Source: Mobula hypostoma (lineage: Eukaryota). Taken from it: 64,000 nt of DNA. The stretch is taken from positions 111,540,001 to 111,604,000 of the forward strand of contig NC_086107.1 in the NCBI RefSeq assembly GCF_963921235.1, given 5' to 3'. Below are positions 1 through 12,850 of this stretch, one piece after another; position 1 is the stretch's first letter; every line of letters starts with the position of its first letter. The position numbers were made by a program, and so were the translations under genes. The notes beneath the pieces were generated by a model. That model worked only from the letters and a program-made list of their open reading frames with translations. It was not told the origin of the DNA and ran no database searches.

Positions 1-427
1 ATTATTCAGTCCTTCCTCCACATTGTCAAATGCAAGCTGTCAGTTACGGAGATCAAACAGTTCCAAACTGCATTAATGCACTTTAAAGAAGTGATTGAGT
101 AACTGGGGCTGATAATCAGGCCTCACACGCAATCTGCTTCTTGTTTAGGAAGCTCCACAATTGCTTGCAAATATCTACGTGTGCATACTGGGTAAGCTAT
201 CCAAGACCTTTTATAGAAAACAATTAGCTTTATTTCCTCTTCAAAAAGACTCCAAATTAGATTAACTTTATTTGTCCCATGTAAATGAAACATAGAAGCA
301 TACAGTGAAATGGGTCAAGATTTAGGTTTATTTTGCACATTTACATCAAAACATACAGAAAAGTGCGTTGTTTGTGTTGAAAACCAACATAACTAAGTGT
401 TGTGCGTTCAATATTTCAATACTATTT

Positions 428-621
428 GGGGTGTATGGAGTGTCAGGGAGGGGTAGCACCTCTGGTGGGGGAACATGTCGCGTCCTTTTCAGGGCGGTTA
501 GTCCACCTTTGGTCCCCACCTGGCACTCAGCTCTCACCTGTGGCTCCCCGTAGCTATTTGCATACGACAGCGGCCACACCCCGGGCAACGGCTTCGACAA
601 GCCGGCTAAACCAGGTGAGGG
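428..621 (+). ncRNA. Putative HDV-like self-cleaving ribozyme with long J1/2 and an L3 hairpin insertion
   Basis: P1 GGGGUGU 428-434/ACACCCC 576-582; P2 531-541/610-621 (one bulge); P3 GGC 542-544/GCC 573-575; L3 starts UCCCCGU; P1.1 CC 546-547/GG 583-584; GCAA; P4 CGGCUU/AAGCCG; J4/2 GCUAA with candidate catalytic C606. Folded by eye. Confidence 0.65.
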
Positions 622-985
622 TAGCCGACGGGTCTCAAACCCTCGGTGAGATAGGGAGTTGTCTATCCCAGCATGTGAAGACAGACTCCGGCGGATTGAG
701 CGGACGAGACCTATAGAAGGTCCAACGGTCAAGAAGGCGGTCTCTGCAAGCGTTGTGGAACGTGTAGAGCACGACAAGACACGGAAGACGTCCTGATCAT
801 CCACTGCGCCTAGTCCCATCTCCAGCCATCTCGACTCTGTCTTGCCACTGGATCCAGATGGGAATTGGGAAGAGAGAGTGAGGCTGACGCTGCGCATCTC
901 TCCCTCACTTAAATCCAAATCTCGCGCTAGTCTCGACACCATCAATGGTGTCAAGGTCTTCATCGACGACGACGATGGACGAACA
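428..985 (+). mobile_element. Non-autonomous retroposon (RTE-type 5'UTR-derived), full length with TSD
   Basis: TSD actattt(g) at 421-427/8 and 986-992/3. GC-rich structured 5' part, short-repeat tail (gac)n...gaacaa, no credible ORF. RTE assignment is inferred from the architecture. Confidence 0.7.
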
Positions 986-1044
986 ACTATTTGTGTGATA
1001 TCATAAACTTATTGTTTGATTAAGCATTTTTTATAATAATAAAA

Positions 1045-1310
1045 TCACACCGTGGGTTGGCAATGTTTTACAGTGCAGGTGACCCGGGTTCAATTCCCAA
1101 TACTGCCTGCAGGGAGTTTGTACGTTCTCCCCGTGACCGCGCGGGTTTCCTCCGGGTGCTGCACAGTGCAAAAGCGCACCGGTTGGTAGGTTACTTGGTC
1201 GTTGTAAATTTTCCTGTGATTGGGCTGGGGCTAAATCGGAGATTGCTGGGTGCCGTGGCGCGAAGGGCCAGAAGGATCTATTCCACGTTTTTATCTCAAT
1301 TAAATAAGCT
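1045..1310 (+). mobile_element. tRNA-derived V-SINE (HE1-like); related copies at ~21220-21510 (+), ~31100-31345 (+), ~38690-39390 (+, interrupted), ~60960-61170 (-)
   Basis: B-box-like ggttcaattcc; V-domain ggagtttgtacgttctccccgtgaccgcgcgggtttcctccgggtgct; CR1-like 3' tail ending in (taaa)n. Confidence 0.75.
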
Positions 1311-2552
1311 TTTAAAAAAGCAAGGTCGGGTACTGGTCTTATCGTGGCCACGGAGTCCGAGAGCAAGGAACAACCTGATGCTTGGACAGTTTAAAAGCTG
1401 GGCCAGATTGAAATGGTCGGGGTGTCAGGGTTGGAGGCGAGTGAGGGGCTGATTCGATTTGCTGCTCCACAGGGTTTGCTCAAACCTGTGCTGGACTGAG
1501 GCCGTGGCCTGCACCCAGGAGGCTCTGGATCAGCTGCAGCGATGTCTGGCATTGCGAACTTCAGTTCTGAATGCTGATTGCTTGCTTTTATTGTTTGCAC
1601 AATTTGTTTTTTTCTCTCTCTCCACACATTGGGTGTTCGACAGTCTCCTGTTGTCTTTACAGAGTTCTATACATGCTTTGATAACTATACATATTTTGAT
1701 AATTAATGTGCTTTAAACTCTGATTCATTGCGGGACGGATGTAAAAGTACGTGAATTGCGTATGTCATGAGTCTAACATGTGATAACTGCGTACTTCATT
1801 TAAAGTAAGAACAAAGGTAGACTTGCCTTCCCGGCTCCTTAGTTTTCCCTGGAATTAGTTTTTATGTTTTGGAGTTATGAAACATAACACTGAGGCTGTT
1901 CTAAGGGCAGCCTGCAAGTGCTGATACATCTTCTGGAGCCAACATAGCTCACTCACGATGCTCGGCTGAACAATGCAGAACACAAGAAACAACAGCACAA
2001 CAACCACAAAACAAGCCCCCGTCCTTCCTCCTAACTATGTGCATATGCGCGCACACACACACACAGAGTCCCCCTAACCCCCAAAATAGGCCGTCTTCTT
2101 CAGCCTCCAGCGGACTGGGAGTCAGGCTAGGACGTGCAGGCACTACCCCAGCAGACTTGCGGCCATTTGTGCCAACGACCAGCACAGCCCGAGGAGGTGC
2201 TGGGGGCAGACGTCGCCATGCTTCTGTTGCCAGCATAGAATGACCACAAGAACCTTAAACACTACCTGGCAGATCAGGTGGCTCTCAGTAACAGACAGCA
2301 ATTGCAATTTATAAACACAAAACTGGGAACCGGCTTACAAAGAATGGGATCTAAAGCTGTAACAAAATCATTCTTTGTTATTCACAAACAAAGGAGGCAC
2401 TATACAACTGTTGATGTTATTTTAATCCTACTTTAGGAAATATGTAAACCACTCATTAACCACTTCACTAAAATACAGAAGGAGCAATCAGTTAATCAAC
2501 TGATCTAATACAATGGCTGAGATTCACTCAGTCCCCAGTCACTTCTACAGTT

Positions 2553-2865
2553 CTCTCTCTCCCTCTCTCTCTCTCACATTCTTTCTCTCACCTTCTCCCC
2601 TCTACCTTGCTCTCTCTCACTGTCTTTTTCTCACGTTCCTTCGTTCTCTCTCTTACATTTCTTCCTCACCCTTTATCTCCCTCTCTCCTTCTATCCCTCT
2701 CCCTCTCTCCTCCTTCTATCTCTCTCCTTTTCCCTCTCCCCCCTCTCCTTCTCTCTCTCCTCCTCTCTCTCCCCCTCTCTCTTCCTCTCTTCCTCTCTCC
2801 CTCCCTCTCCCTCCCCCTCCCTCCTCCCTCTTGCTCTCTCTTTCTTTCTTTCTGTCTCTCCCTCC

Positions 2866-2909
<44 letters not shown>
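2553..2909. repeat. CT-rich low-complexity/(CT)n microsatellite
   Basis: Directly visible pyrimidine tract ending in pure (CT)n. Confidence 0.95.
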
Positions 2910-2911
<2 letters not shown>

Positions 2912-5850
2912 GTGTCGGTCTATATTGGTCTATTTTTTAGCACTGGTCGCAACTCCAACCTAAAGCGAGGTTCATATCTGCACTAAAATTGATTTATTTT
3001 TAAAACCTTTCAAAACTCCTTACCCTAGTACTTTTTCCATCACACTAGGGTTGTTATCCTTAACTCCTGCGGCCTTCAATCTGAGCACACAACTTTAAGA
3101 CAGCGATGTCAGGTTTTGCAGAAAAATGTATTTTATTGTTACCTACCCTCAAGGCGATGCACCAGCAGTCCAGTACATGGTCAAAACATTGACGCATTCC
3201 AAGTGGGCACCATTTTGTCTTGTAATAACAACTTCATGCTACACACTACTTTTGCAAATACTGTGGAGAAATCAAATACAATGCCTGAAAAGTTAACCCT
3301 CTCCTTTCTAAGCCAGAATCTGTTTCTTAAAACATTCAGATTTGCAAAGATTCATCCGGATCACAAGTTCAGGATTTTCCCAGCCTGCTGGCTAAGTAAA
3401 GTATTTGCATGTTAACAATGATTTGAAGAGTGAACGGGAAATTTCCCACACCTTGTTGATAGCAGTAGGAATTAGAGGAGAAGTTTTATGGGTTGATAAA
3501 TTCACAAAGTGCTTGTCTAACACGTCATTGCTCTTTAGTGTTTATTCATACTTCATTTGCTGTGAAATAGCAGATGGAATTGAACATTGAGCAATTATCA
3601 GCGCCAATCCTCACTTCTGAGCTAATGATGGAACACCCACCACCCTCTGATGTGTAGAGTTACAGAGATTTACAGTCCTCTGCGTGAAGGAAATTCTCTG
3701 AACTCCAGCCCTAACCCGAAACTCTCCCCCTGAATTTGCCATGGCAAATCCTGTGTCAAAGTTCAAAGTAAATTTATTATCAGAGTTAATATGTGTCGCC
3801 CATAGACAACCCTGAGATTCATTTTCGTGCGGGCATACTCCCTAAATCTACAGAGTCATAACCATAGCAAAATCAATGAAAGACCGCCGAACTTGAGTAT
3901 TAAACCAGAACGTGGAAGACAACAAACTGTGCAAATACAAAAAGAAAGAATTAATAATAATAAATATATAAGCAATAAATATCGAGACCATGAGGTGAAG
4001 AGTTCTTGAAAATGAGTCCAGAGGTTGTGGGAACATTTCAATGAAGAGGCAAGAGAAGTTATCCCTTCAGTTCAAGAATCTGCTGGTTGAGGGGTAATAA
4101 CTGTTCCTGAGCCTGGTGGTGTGAGTCCTGACGCTCCTGAACCATCTCCCTGATGGCAGCAGTGAGGAAAGAATGAGTAGGGAGAAGAGAAGTCTATGAA
4201 GATGCTGGAGGAACTCAGCCGGTCAGGCAGCTTCTACGGAGAGGAATAAACAGTCGACATTTCGGGCTGACACCCTTCATCAGGTTCAGCAGTCCGAAAC
4301 TGGCGAGGACAGATAGGGAGTGATTTCATACAGAGCTCAGGGCTAACTTCTTTCCACAGAGGGCAGTGAGTAACTGGAATGAGCAGGTGCAGTGTCAAAA
4401 CCCAAGAGAGGTGCTTTGGAAAGGTTTGTGGAGAGGGAAGGCAGAGAGGATTATGAGCTGAACTCAGGCAACTGGCATTAGCAGGGAGAGATGCTGTGGA
4501 TGTGCTGGGATCTGTGTTGACCTGTTGGGCCATAAAGGACTTTTAGAAACATAGAAACATAGAAAACCTACAGCACAATACAGGCCCTTCGGCCCACAAA
4601 GCTGTGCCAAACGTGTCCTTACCTTAGAAATTGCCTAGCTTTTTCCCTGTTATATTTTTCTGTGATTCTATATGATATTATTGTGGCTAGCTCCACCACT
4701 TCCCCTGGCAACTCGTTCTGTATAAGCACCAACCCGTAGGTTAAGAAGTTGTCCTTCAGATCCTTTTTAAATCCTACCCATCTTGTGCTGACACGGCAAC
4801 ATCTTTGGTCGGACATTTGATCGCCTCAGTGGCTCGTGGCGGTGGACAGACTTTCGACTGTGGTTTGATGTTTAGTGTCCTCAGCGCTGAACGTGCTTTA
4901 CTAATTTTCACGATTTGATTGAGGTACTTCGGCGTGGAACTGATCCGTGGCTGAGGCCTGCAGCCATTGACGTAGCTCTGAACTGACTGAGCTGGTGACA
5001 TTGGCTCCTGGACCGGCCTCACTCTCCCCAGTAGCTCGTGGCTGTGGACTCATGCCTGGGGACTCTGTGACTCGATATTTAATGCTCTGTGTATTATTTG
5101 TTTGTGTTTTGATGTTAGTACAATTTTTTCTTCTTTTGCAAGTTTAATGGTCTTTGTTGTGTGGGGTTTTTCTTTAACTAGGTTCCATGGTGTTTCTTTG
5201 TTTTGTGGCTGCCTGCAGGAAGACAAATCTCGAGTTGTATACTGTATACATACTTCAATAATAAATGTACTTTGAACTTTGAAAGTAAGAATGTGCTGAT
5301 TTTAACTCTGGATCATTTTGTTATAACTATCAATTATCTGTAGGCTCTTATGCAATGGAAAATTTCATGCTTGGAGAGTTGAGGTTAATTGGCAGTGCTC
5401 CTTCACTGTTGTCAGATAGCAAGCTTCAGCCTACTGCCTGGCCAAGTGCAAACTTAGAAGTTTGTGCAGATTTGGCATGTCATCTAAAACTTTAACAAAC
5501 TTTTACAGATGCACAGTGGAGACTGGTTGCATCATGGCCTGGTATGGAAAAAGTAGTGGACACAGCCCAGTCCATCACAGGCAAAGCCCTCCCCACCACT
5601 GAGCACATCTACAAGGAATGCTGTCGCAATTAAGCAGCCTCCATCATCAAGGATCCCCGCTGTCCAAGCCGTGCTCTCTTCTTGCTGCTGCCAACTGGGA
5701 AGAAGGTACAGGAGCCTTAAGTCTCACACCACCAGGTTCAGGAACAGATATTACACGACAATCATCAGGCTCCTGAACCAATGTGGATAACTTCACTCAC
5801 CTCCACACTGTACTGATTCCACAACCTATGGACTCACTTGCAAGGTCTCT

Positions 5851-7357
5851 AAGACCATAGACCATAAGATATAGGAGCAGAAGTAGGCCATTCAGCCCAT
5901 CAAGTCTGCTCTGCCATTCAATCATGGGCTGATCCTATTCTTCCAGTCATCCCCACTCCCCTGCCTTCTCCCCATACCCTTTGATACCCTGGCTAATCAA
6001 GAACCTATCTATCTCTGCCTTAAATACACCCAATGATGGCCTCCACAGCTGCTTGTGGCAACAAATTCCACAAATTTACCACCCTCTGACTAAAGTAATT
6101 TCTCCGTATCTTAGCTCTAAATGGACGTCCTTCAATCCTGAAGTCATGCCCTCTTGTCCTAGAATCCCCTACCATGGGAAATAACTTTGCCATTATCTAA
6201 TCTGTTCAGGCCTTTTAACATTCAGAATGTTTCTATGAGATCTCCCTTCATTCTCCTGTACTCCAGGGAATACAGCCCAAGAGCTGCCAGACGTTCCTCA
6301 TAACGTAATCTTTTCATTCCTGGAATCATTCTCGTGAATCTTCTCTGAACCCTCTCCAATGTCGGTATATCCTTTCCAAAATAAGGAGCCTAAAACTGCA
6401 CACAATACTTCAAGTGTGGTCTTACGAGTTCCTTATAGAGCCTCAACATCCCTGCTCTTATATTCTATACCTCTCGAAATGAATGCCAACATTGTATTCA
6501 CCTTCTTCACCACCAACTCAATCTGGAGGTTAACCTTTAGGGTATTCTGCACAAGGACTCCCAAGTCCCTTTGCATCTCTGCATTTTGAATTCTCTCCCC
6601 ATCTAAATAATAGTCTGCCCATTTATTTCTTCCACCAACGTGCATGACCATACACTTTCCAACATTGTACTTCATTTGCCACTTCTTTGCCCATTCCCCT
6701 AAACTATCTAAGTCTCTCTGCAGTCTCTCTGTTTCCTCAACACTACCCACTCCTCCACCTATCTTTGTATCATCAGAAAATTTAGCCATAAATCCTTTAA
6801 TACAGTAGTCCAAATCATTGACATACATCGTAAACAACAACAATCCCAACACCAGCCCCTGTGGAACTCCACTGGTAACCAACAGCCAGCCAGAATAGGA
6901 TCCCTTTATTCCCGTTCTCTGTTTTCTGCCGATCAGCCAATGCTCCACCCACGCTAATAATTTCCCTGTAATTCCATGGGCTTTGATCTTGCTAAGCAGC
7001 CTTATGTGTGGCACCTTGTCAAAGGCCTTCTGAAAATCTAAGTACACCATGTCTACTGCATCTCCTTTGTCTACCCTGCTTGTAATTTCCTCAAAGAATT
7101 GCAGTAGGTTAGTCAGGCAGGAATTTCCTTTCAGGAAACCATGCTGGCTTTGGCCTATCTTGTCATATGCCTCTAGGTACTCCATAATCTCATCCCCAAC
7201 AATCGATTCCAACAACTTCCCAACCACTGATGTCAAGCCAGCAGGACTATAGTTTCCTTTCTGCTGCCTCCCACCCTTCTTAAATAGCAGAGTAACATTT
7301 GCAATATTCCAGTCATCCGGTAAAATGCCAGAATCTATCGATTCCTGAAAGATCATC
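5851..7357 (-). mobile_element. CR1-clade LINE, 3' portion (RT pseudogene plus tail)
   Basis: ORF 6433-7359 has CR1 RT motifs (QHGFLKG, YLDFQKAFDKVPH, SGVPQG, KFSDDTK); frameshifted C-terminus; short-repeat 3' tail at 5851. Confidence 0.95.
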
Positions 7358-8465
7358 ATTCATCAAATTAATTTAGTCAAATTAATTTCTCCAATTCCAG
7401 TCTTCGTACTAATATTAATTTCTTTGTGCACCCCATTTATTCTGAGCCTGTCTGTAGTCCACTTCGATTTCTAGCAGGTTTACTGTGTCTTCTTCCATGA
7501 AAAGAAACAGTAAATAAAATATTTATTTAATATCACTGCTTTTTCCTTATTTCTCAATATAATTTCTCCTTTCACATTAACTAGCTTTTTTTTTCATTTC
7601 TACATACAATCAGTTTTTTTTGGTTTTTCAGTAACTTATTCTTGTATTTTACTTTCTCTTTCCTCATTAATGCCTTGCCCTCCTTTTCTGAATTCTGAAA
7701 TCTTCCCATTCCTCAGGCTTACTGTACCTTTTGGCAACTTCAGAGAACCATTTTCTATATTCTTATACTGCCTTTAACTTCACTGACAACAATAGCTAGG
7801 CCATTTATCCTGCTGGGATTTCTTGCCTTAAACGGATACATACTACTTGCAAACTATGTAATAGTTCTTCAAAAGCTGGACATTGTTTACAGTTATACTT
7901 TGTAATGTAGTATCTCACAAATGCTTTATCCCTCCACAATTTGCTTGATTAACCCTATCTCATTACTTAACATTAGATCTAAGATAGCATGCTACCTCAT
8001 TGGTTGGAAAATGAAGGCCGATCTAGAAAACAAGTTTGCCATATTATATAAAAACGTAACAACTGGAATTCTGCGGATGCTGGAAATTCAAGCAACACAC
8101 ATCAAAGTTGCCGGCGAACGCAACTACATCTACATCTCATGTGCTCAGTATTATTTATTTATTTATGGTATTTTCACATTGGCTGTCTGTCTTTGTATGT
8201 AGTTTTTCATTGATTATATTGTATTCCTTTGTTTTACTGTGAATGCCCACAAGAAAAGGAATCTCCGGGTAGTATGTGGTGACATATACATACTTTGATC
8301 ATAAACTTACTTTGAACTTTGGAAGCAACAAGTTGATGCCTTGTCCTTGATTTCCGAAGAACCTTTGGATCGCAAAAGCAGCAGGATCCAATGGGTAGAT
8401 TAATTGGTCACATGGATGTAATGGGGGGAGGGCCGCGGACTCATTGGACTGGATGGCCCTGTTAG

Positions 8466-9919
8466 TACTGTTCCGTCTAAGCTGTACGGGTGCGCGGTCG
8501 CCCAGTATCTGAAATGCACCCGCGCCTATAGCCTTTGTAACTGTGCAGCTGGAATTTTCTGTTATGTACCGCACTGTGCAAAAGTCTTAGCCACGTAACG
8601 GTAGCTAGGGAACCCAACACTTTTGCACAGTACCCTATTTGACGCTGCGGAGCGGAGAGTGAGTTTGTAAATCTGGCAGGAGCAAAGGGTGTTTGGAATG
8701 GCGAGGGTGGAGCGCTGCGGGAGGGGTGAAGGACGGGTGGCAGAGAAGGAGTGCCAGGGGCAGGGGGTGGTGTGGGTGCAGACACACCCAACCTTCAGAT
8801 GCCAGGCAAGGTCATTTGATTCTAAACAGTTGGTTTATTGATCATTACAGAATGTTTCTCTGGTGCTTCCAGCTCTCTCCCCTCTCCCTTCCCCTTTTCC
8901 TAACCATGATTCCCCTTCCCACCCTCAGTCCACAATAGAGACCCATATCTGAATCAGGTTTATCATCACTCACATAGGTCATGCATTCTTCTTTGCTACA
9001 GCAGTACAGTGTAATACATAAAATTACTACAGTACTCTACAGAAGTCTTAGGCACCCTAGTGATATATACGTACCTAAGACTTTTGCACAGTACTGTATA
9101 TTGAAAGCATTGCCCCAAAAATATCGCAGCAATCCTTGATTTCAAATATGTCATTTCTGAGAAAGACTGGTTCAGTTAAGATGTTCACTGATATGTTGAA
9201 CTAAGTGCTTAGAAAAGAAGAATTTGAAGAACTGTCAATTCTTGTTGACATTGTTGGAACATTTCAAGCTTCTAGTGCTGACTGCAAATGTGGATTCAGT
9301 TTTATGAATCCAGTCATACGTAAATCCTGAAACAGACTGGAAGTGAAACGTTTTCATCTGGATGCAAAATTAATCTGGACAGAGTTTATTGACAGTGGAT
9401 TTGTAATAAAGACAGGTGAGGAAAAAGTTTATGAAACCTAAAAGATTTTATTTGCTGTATTGTATTTAATAAAATTAATAAATCAATAAATAAAATCAAG
9501 AGCATGCGATTTTTCAGCTTTCATTCTGAGTACTCAGAGTATGCCCATTACAAAAGAAAAATTAAAGTGCCACACAGTTTTCAGGCCATGTAAAAATTTC
9601 CTACTCAGAGCAAAGGTTGGTCCGTGCAGCTGTAAAAAAAACTCTGCAAATTCTCCTCCAGGGATGCCTGCCCTGAAGAAGTTTAAGTCTTCCCTTCGAT
9701 GGGAGTTCAGTGAAACCTTCTCTTACTGCTACCTATCACCTACCACTTTGCACCTCTTCCTCCACTCCCCCACCTTCTTACTTTGACTTCTCCTCTTCCT
9801 TTTCAGTCCTGACGAAGGGTTTCGGCCTGAAACATTGACTGTTTACTCTTCCCCATCAATGCTGCCTGGCCTGCTGAGTTCCTTCAGCATTTTGTGTGTA
9901 TTATGTAGAGGGAATGTTG
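8466..9919 (+). mobile_element. Internally deleted hAT DNA transposon with nested insertions
   Basis: TIR-like ends tactgttccgtctaa / tagagggaatgttg; 8-bp TSD cctgttag (8458-8465)/cctgttat (9920-9927); ~9210-9345 reads LRKEEFEELSILVDIVGTFQASSADCKCGFSFMNPVIRKS*NRLEV, resembling the hAT C-terminal dimerisation motif. Confidence 0.8.
8569..9096. mobile_element. Tc1/mariner-type MITE with palindromic ends
   Basis: TIR ..actgtgcaaaagtcttag / ctaagacttttgcacagtactg, TA on both sides (8567-68, 9097-98). Confidence 0.8.
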
Positions 9920-10999
9920 CCTGTTATTGCGCTCTGCCGCATAAATAAATAAAGACACACATAAACAGATTTCAGAAGGCAGACTGTTATGGGCGGGCTG
10001 GTTGGATCAAGAATGTGCTTGTTGCTAGTGTCAGATTCTGAAAGAAGCTCATGACCCTTTGTTGTAGATTTCATTCAGTGAATGATCCCTCAGGCATGTG
10101 TAACAGATGCCACACAAGCTGTGAGGAACAGTATTCCTTTGTTACTAGGACTGGTGAGCTGCAGGGTGCTCAGCTGGGAACTGGCTGGTTAACACTGCTC
10201 TGGGCTTGGGGCTGTTCCCAGACATATACCAAGACAAGCTTCAAGTGGAATTTCCAACTTCTGAAAAATGCCGGCTTCCTCCCGCTTCCTTTCCAGTCCT
10301 GGTAAAGGGTCTCATCCCAAAACCTTGAATGTTTATTCCTCTCCATAGATGCTGCCTGACCTGCTGAGTATTTTTTCCAACATCTGCAGAATCTCTTGTG
10401 TTTAGCATCAAGTGCTGCTGGACGGACATCAGCCTGGTGAAGGACACACCCTGGTCACTCATTATCCTTAACAATCATTCTTTGATAATAATAAATGTAC
10501 TTTGAATAGCTGCTGGCAGGTCCATGCCCGGCTGCAGGAGTATGTAAACACAGGAAATTCTGCAGATGTTGGAAATCCAGAGCAACGCACACAAAATGCT
10601 GGAGGAACTCAGCAGGTCAGGCAGCATCTGTGGAAAAGAGTCAACAGTCGACGTTTTAGGCCCGAGACCCTTCTTCATACCTCGCAGGAGTTATGTGCTC
10701 AAGGATGTTCCGAAACTTGGAGATGTGCAGCTAAAACAAAGGCTTATATTTATTTATTTATATTTATTTTATTGTAAGTTATAGTAAATTTTTATGTCTT
10801 GCACTCTACTGCTGCCACAAAACAACAAATTTTGCGGCATACGTCTGTGCTAATAAACCTGATTCTGAAATGTTACAATGTACTTGCACGGATATGTACA
10901 AAACAATCACCAGATAATGAGAGCAATAAAGTTAAAAGCACAAAATAGTGATTGACTGATAGGCAACTATCAACTAGTTTTATAGCCTAATTGAGACTC

Positions 11000-12850
11000 A
11001 AGACTCAAGATTATTTAATGTTGTTTCCTGTACAGGTGTAAGAACATAATAATTGTTACTGAAGATCTTATGCAGCACAAAAAACACAGCAATAATAATA
11101 AAAAACATAATAAATATAAATACATAAGATAGCTTACATACCTAGATTGATTGTACGTCCATAAAGTGAGACTGGACTGAACACAAGGTGACTGGTGGGA
11201 AATAATGAAGTAGTGGTGGAGTCAGTGAGTGGAGGTGTTGATCAGCCTTAATGCTTAGGGAAGGGAACTGTTTTTGAGTCTGGTGGTTCTGGTGTAGCTG
11301 TTACGTAGCCTCCTCCGTGATGGGAGTGAGACAAACTGCAGGCTGTGCGGAATCCTTCATTGTGTTGCTGGCCCTTTTCCGGCACCTTTCTGTATACATG
11401 TCCTCGATGGTGGGTAGGCCAGTGCTGCTGATGGTTTGGACAGCTTTGACCACCCGTTGTAGAGCCCTCCTGCCCACCACGGTGCAGTTTCCATACCAAG
11501 CAGTGATGCAGCTTGTTAGGATGTTCTCTTGTAGCATATATGTCCAATGATGTGAGTATGGGTGTGCAAAATTCTAAGTAAATTTATTGTCAAAGTATAA
11601 GTATGTCACCATATACAACCCTGAGATTCATTTTCTTACAGGTATTCACAGTAGGTACAAGAAACACAATAGAATCAATGAAAAACCAACAAGACGAGAC
11701 AATAACTAATGTGCAAAAATTAACAAACTGTGCAAATAAGAAAAGAAAGAGGGAAAAAAAACAATAATTAATAAACAACAAATATCAAGAAGATGATATA
11801 AAGAGTTCTTGAAAGTGAGTCCAGTTCAGTGGGAACAATTCTGTGATGGTTGAGTGAAGTTATCCTCTTTGGTTCAAGAGCCTGATGGTTGAGGGGTAAC
11901 AACTGTTCCTGAACCTGGTGGTGTGAGTCCTGAGGCTCCTGTACCTTCTTCCTGATGGCAGCAGTGAGAAGAGAGCATGACCCGGATAGTGGGGGTCCTT
12001 GCTGATGGATGCTGCTTTCCTACCACAGCGCTCCGTGTAGATATGCTCAATGGTGGGGAGGACTTTATCCCTGATAGACTGGGATGTATCCACTACTTTT
12101 TCAGCTCTTTATACTTTATACTTTATACTTTATTGTCGCCAAACAATTGATACTAGAGCGTACAATCATCACAGCGATACTTGATTCTGCTCTTCGTGCT
12201 CCCTGGAGTACAAATCGATAGTAAATATTAAAAATTTAAATTATAAATCATAAATAGAAAATAGAAAAATGGAAAGTAAGGTTAGTGCAAAAAAACCGAG
12301 AGGCAGGTCCGGATATTTGGAGGGTACGGCCCAGATCCGGGTCAGGATCCGTTCAGCAGTCTTATCACAGTTGGAAAGAAGCTGTTCCCAATTCTGGCCG
12401 TACGGGTCTTCAAGCTCCTGAGCCTTCTCCCGGAGGGAAGAGGGATGAAAAGTGTGCTGGCTGCGTGGGTCGTGTCCTTGTTTATCCTGGCAGCACTGCT
12501 CTGACAGCGTGCGGTGTAAAGTGAGTCCATGGACGGAAGATTGGTTTGTGTGATGTACTGGGCTGTGTTAACGATCTTCTGCAGCTTCTTCCGGTCTTGG
12601 ACAGGACAACTTCCATACCAGGCTGTGATGCACCCTAGAAGAATGCTTTCTACGGTGCATCTATAAAAATTAGTGAGGAGTACTCTTCAGTATTCCTCAG
12701 CATTCTCAGAAAGTAGATGCATTGCTGAACTTTCTTGCCTGTGTAGGATGTTTTTCTGGGACCAGGGGTTTGAAACTACTTGCAGGTTCCACTGCTGTGA
12801 CACTGATGAAAAGAGGGGTGTGAGTGGTGAGAATCCTTCCGAAGTCAATT
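11000..12850 (-). mobile_element. Cluster of nested Rex1/Babar-clade LINE 3' fragments
   Basis: Minus-strand ORFs with typical C-terminal motifs (ILTSCITAWYGNC, ALQRVV, LLPSGRRYRS, NSFFP.VIRLLN) and tails ending in short repeats. Confidence 0.8.

Noticed and set aside
346..963. 205-aa minus-strand ORF
   Set aside because: Antisense to a GC-rich structured retroposon; no recognisable domain.
1670..1889. Possible solo LTR ending aacataaca (also a tgtcaca-starting segment at 42384)
   Set aside because: I could not identify the matching opposite terminus or a TSD.
6433..7359. 308-aa RT ORF as an active gene
   Set aside because: 5'-truncated CR1 with an altered catalytic motif (FSDD) and a downstream frameshift.
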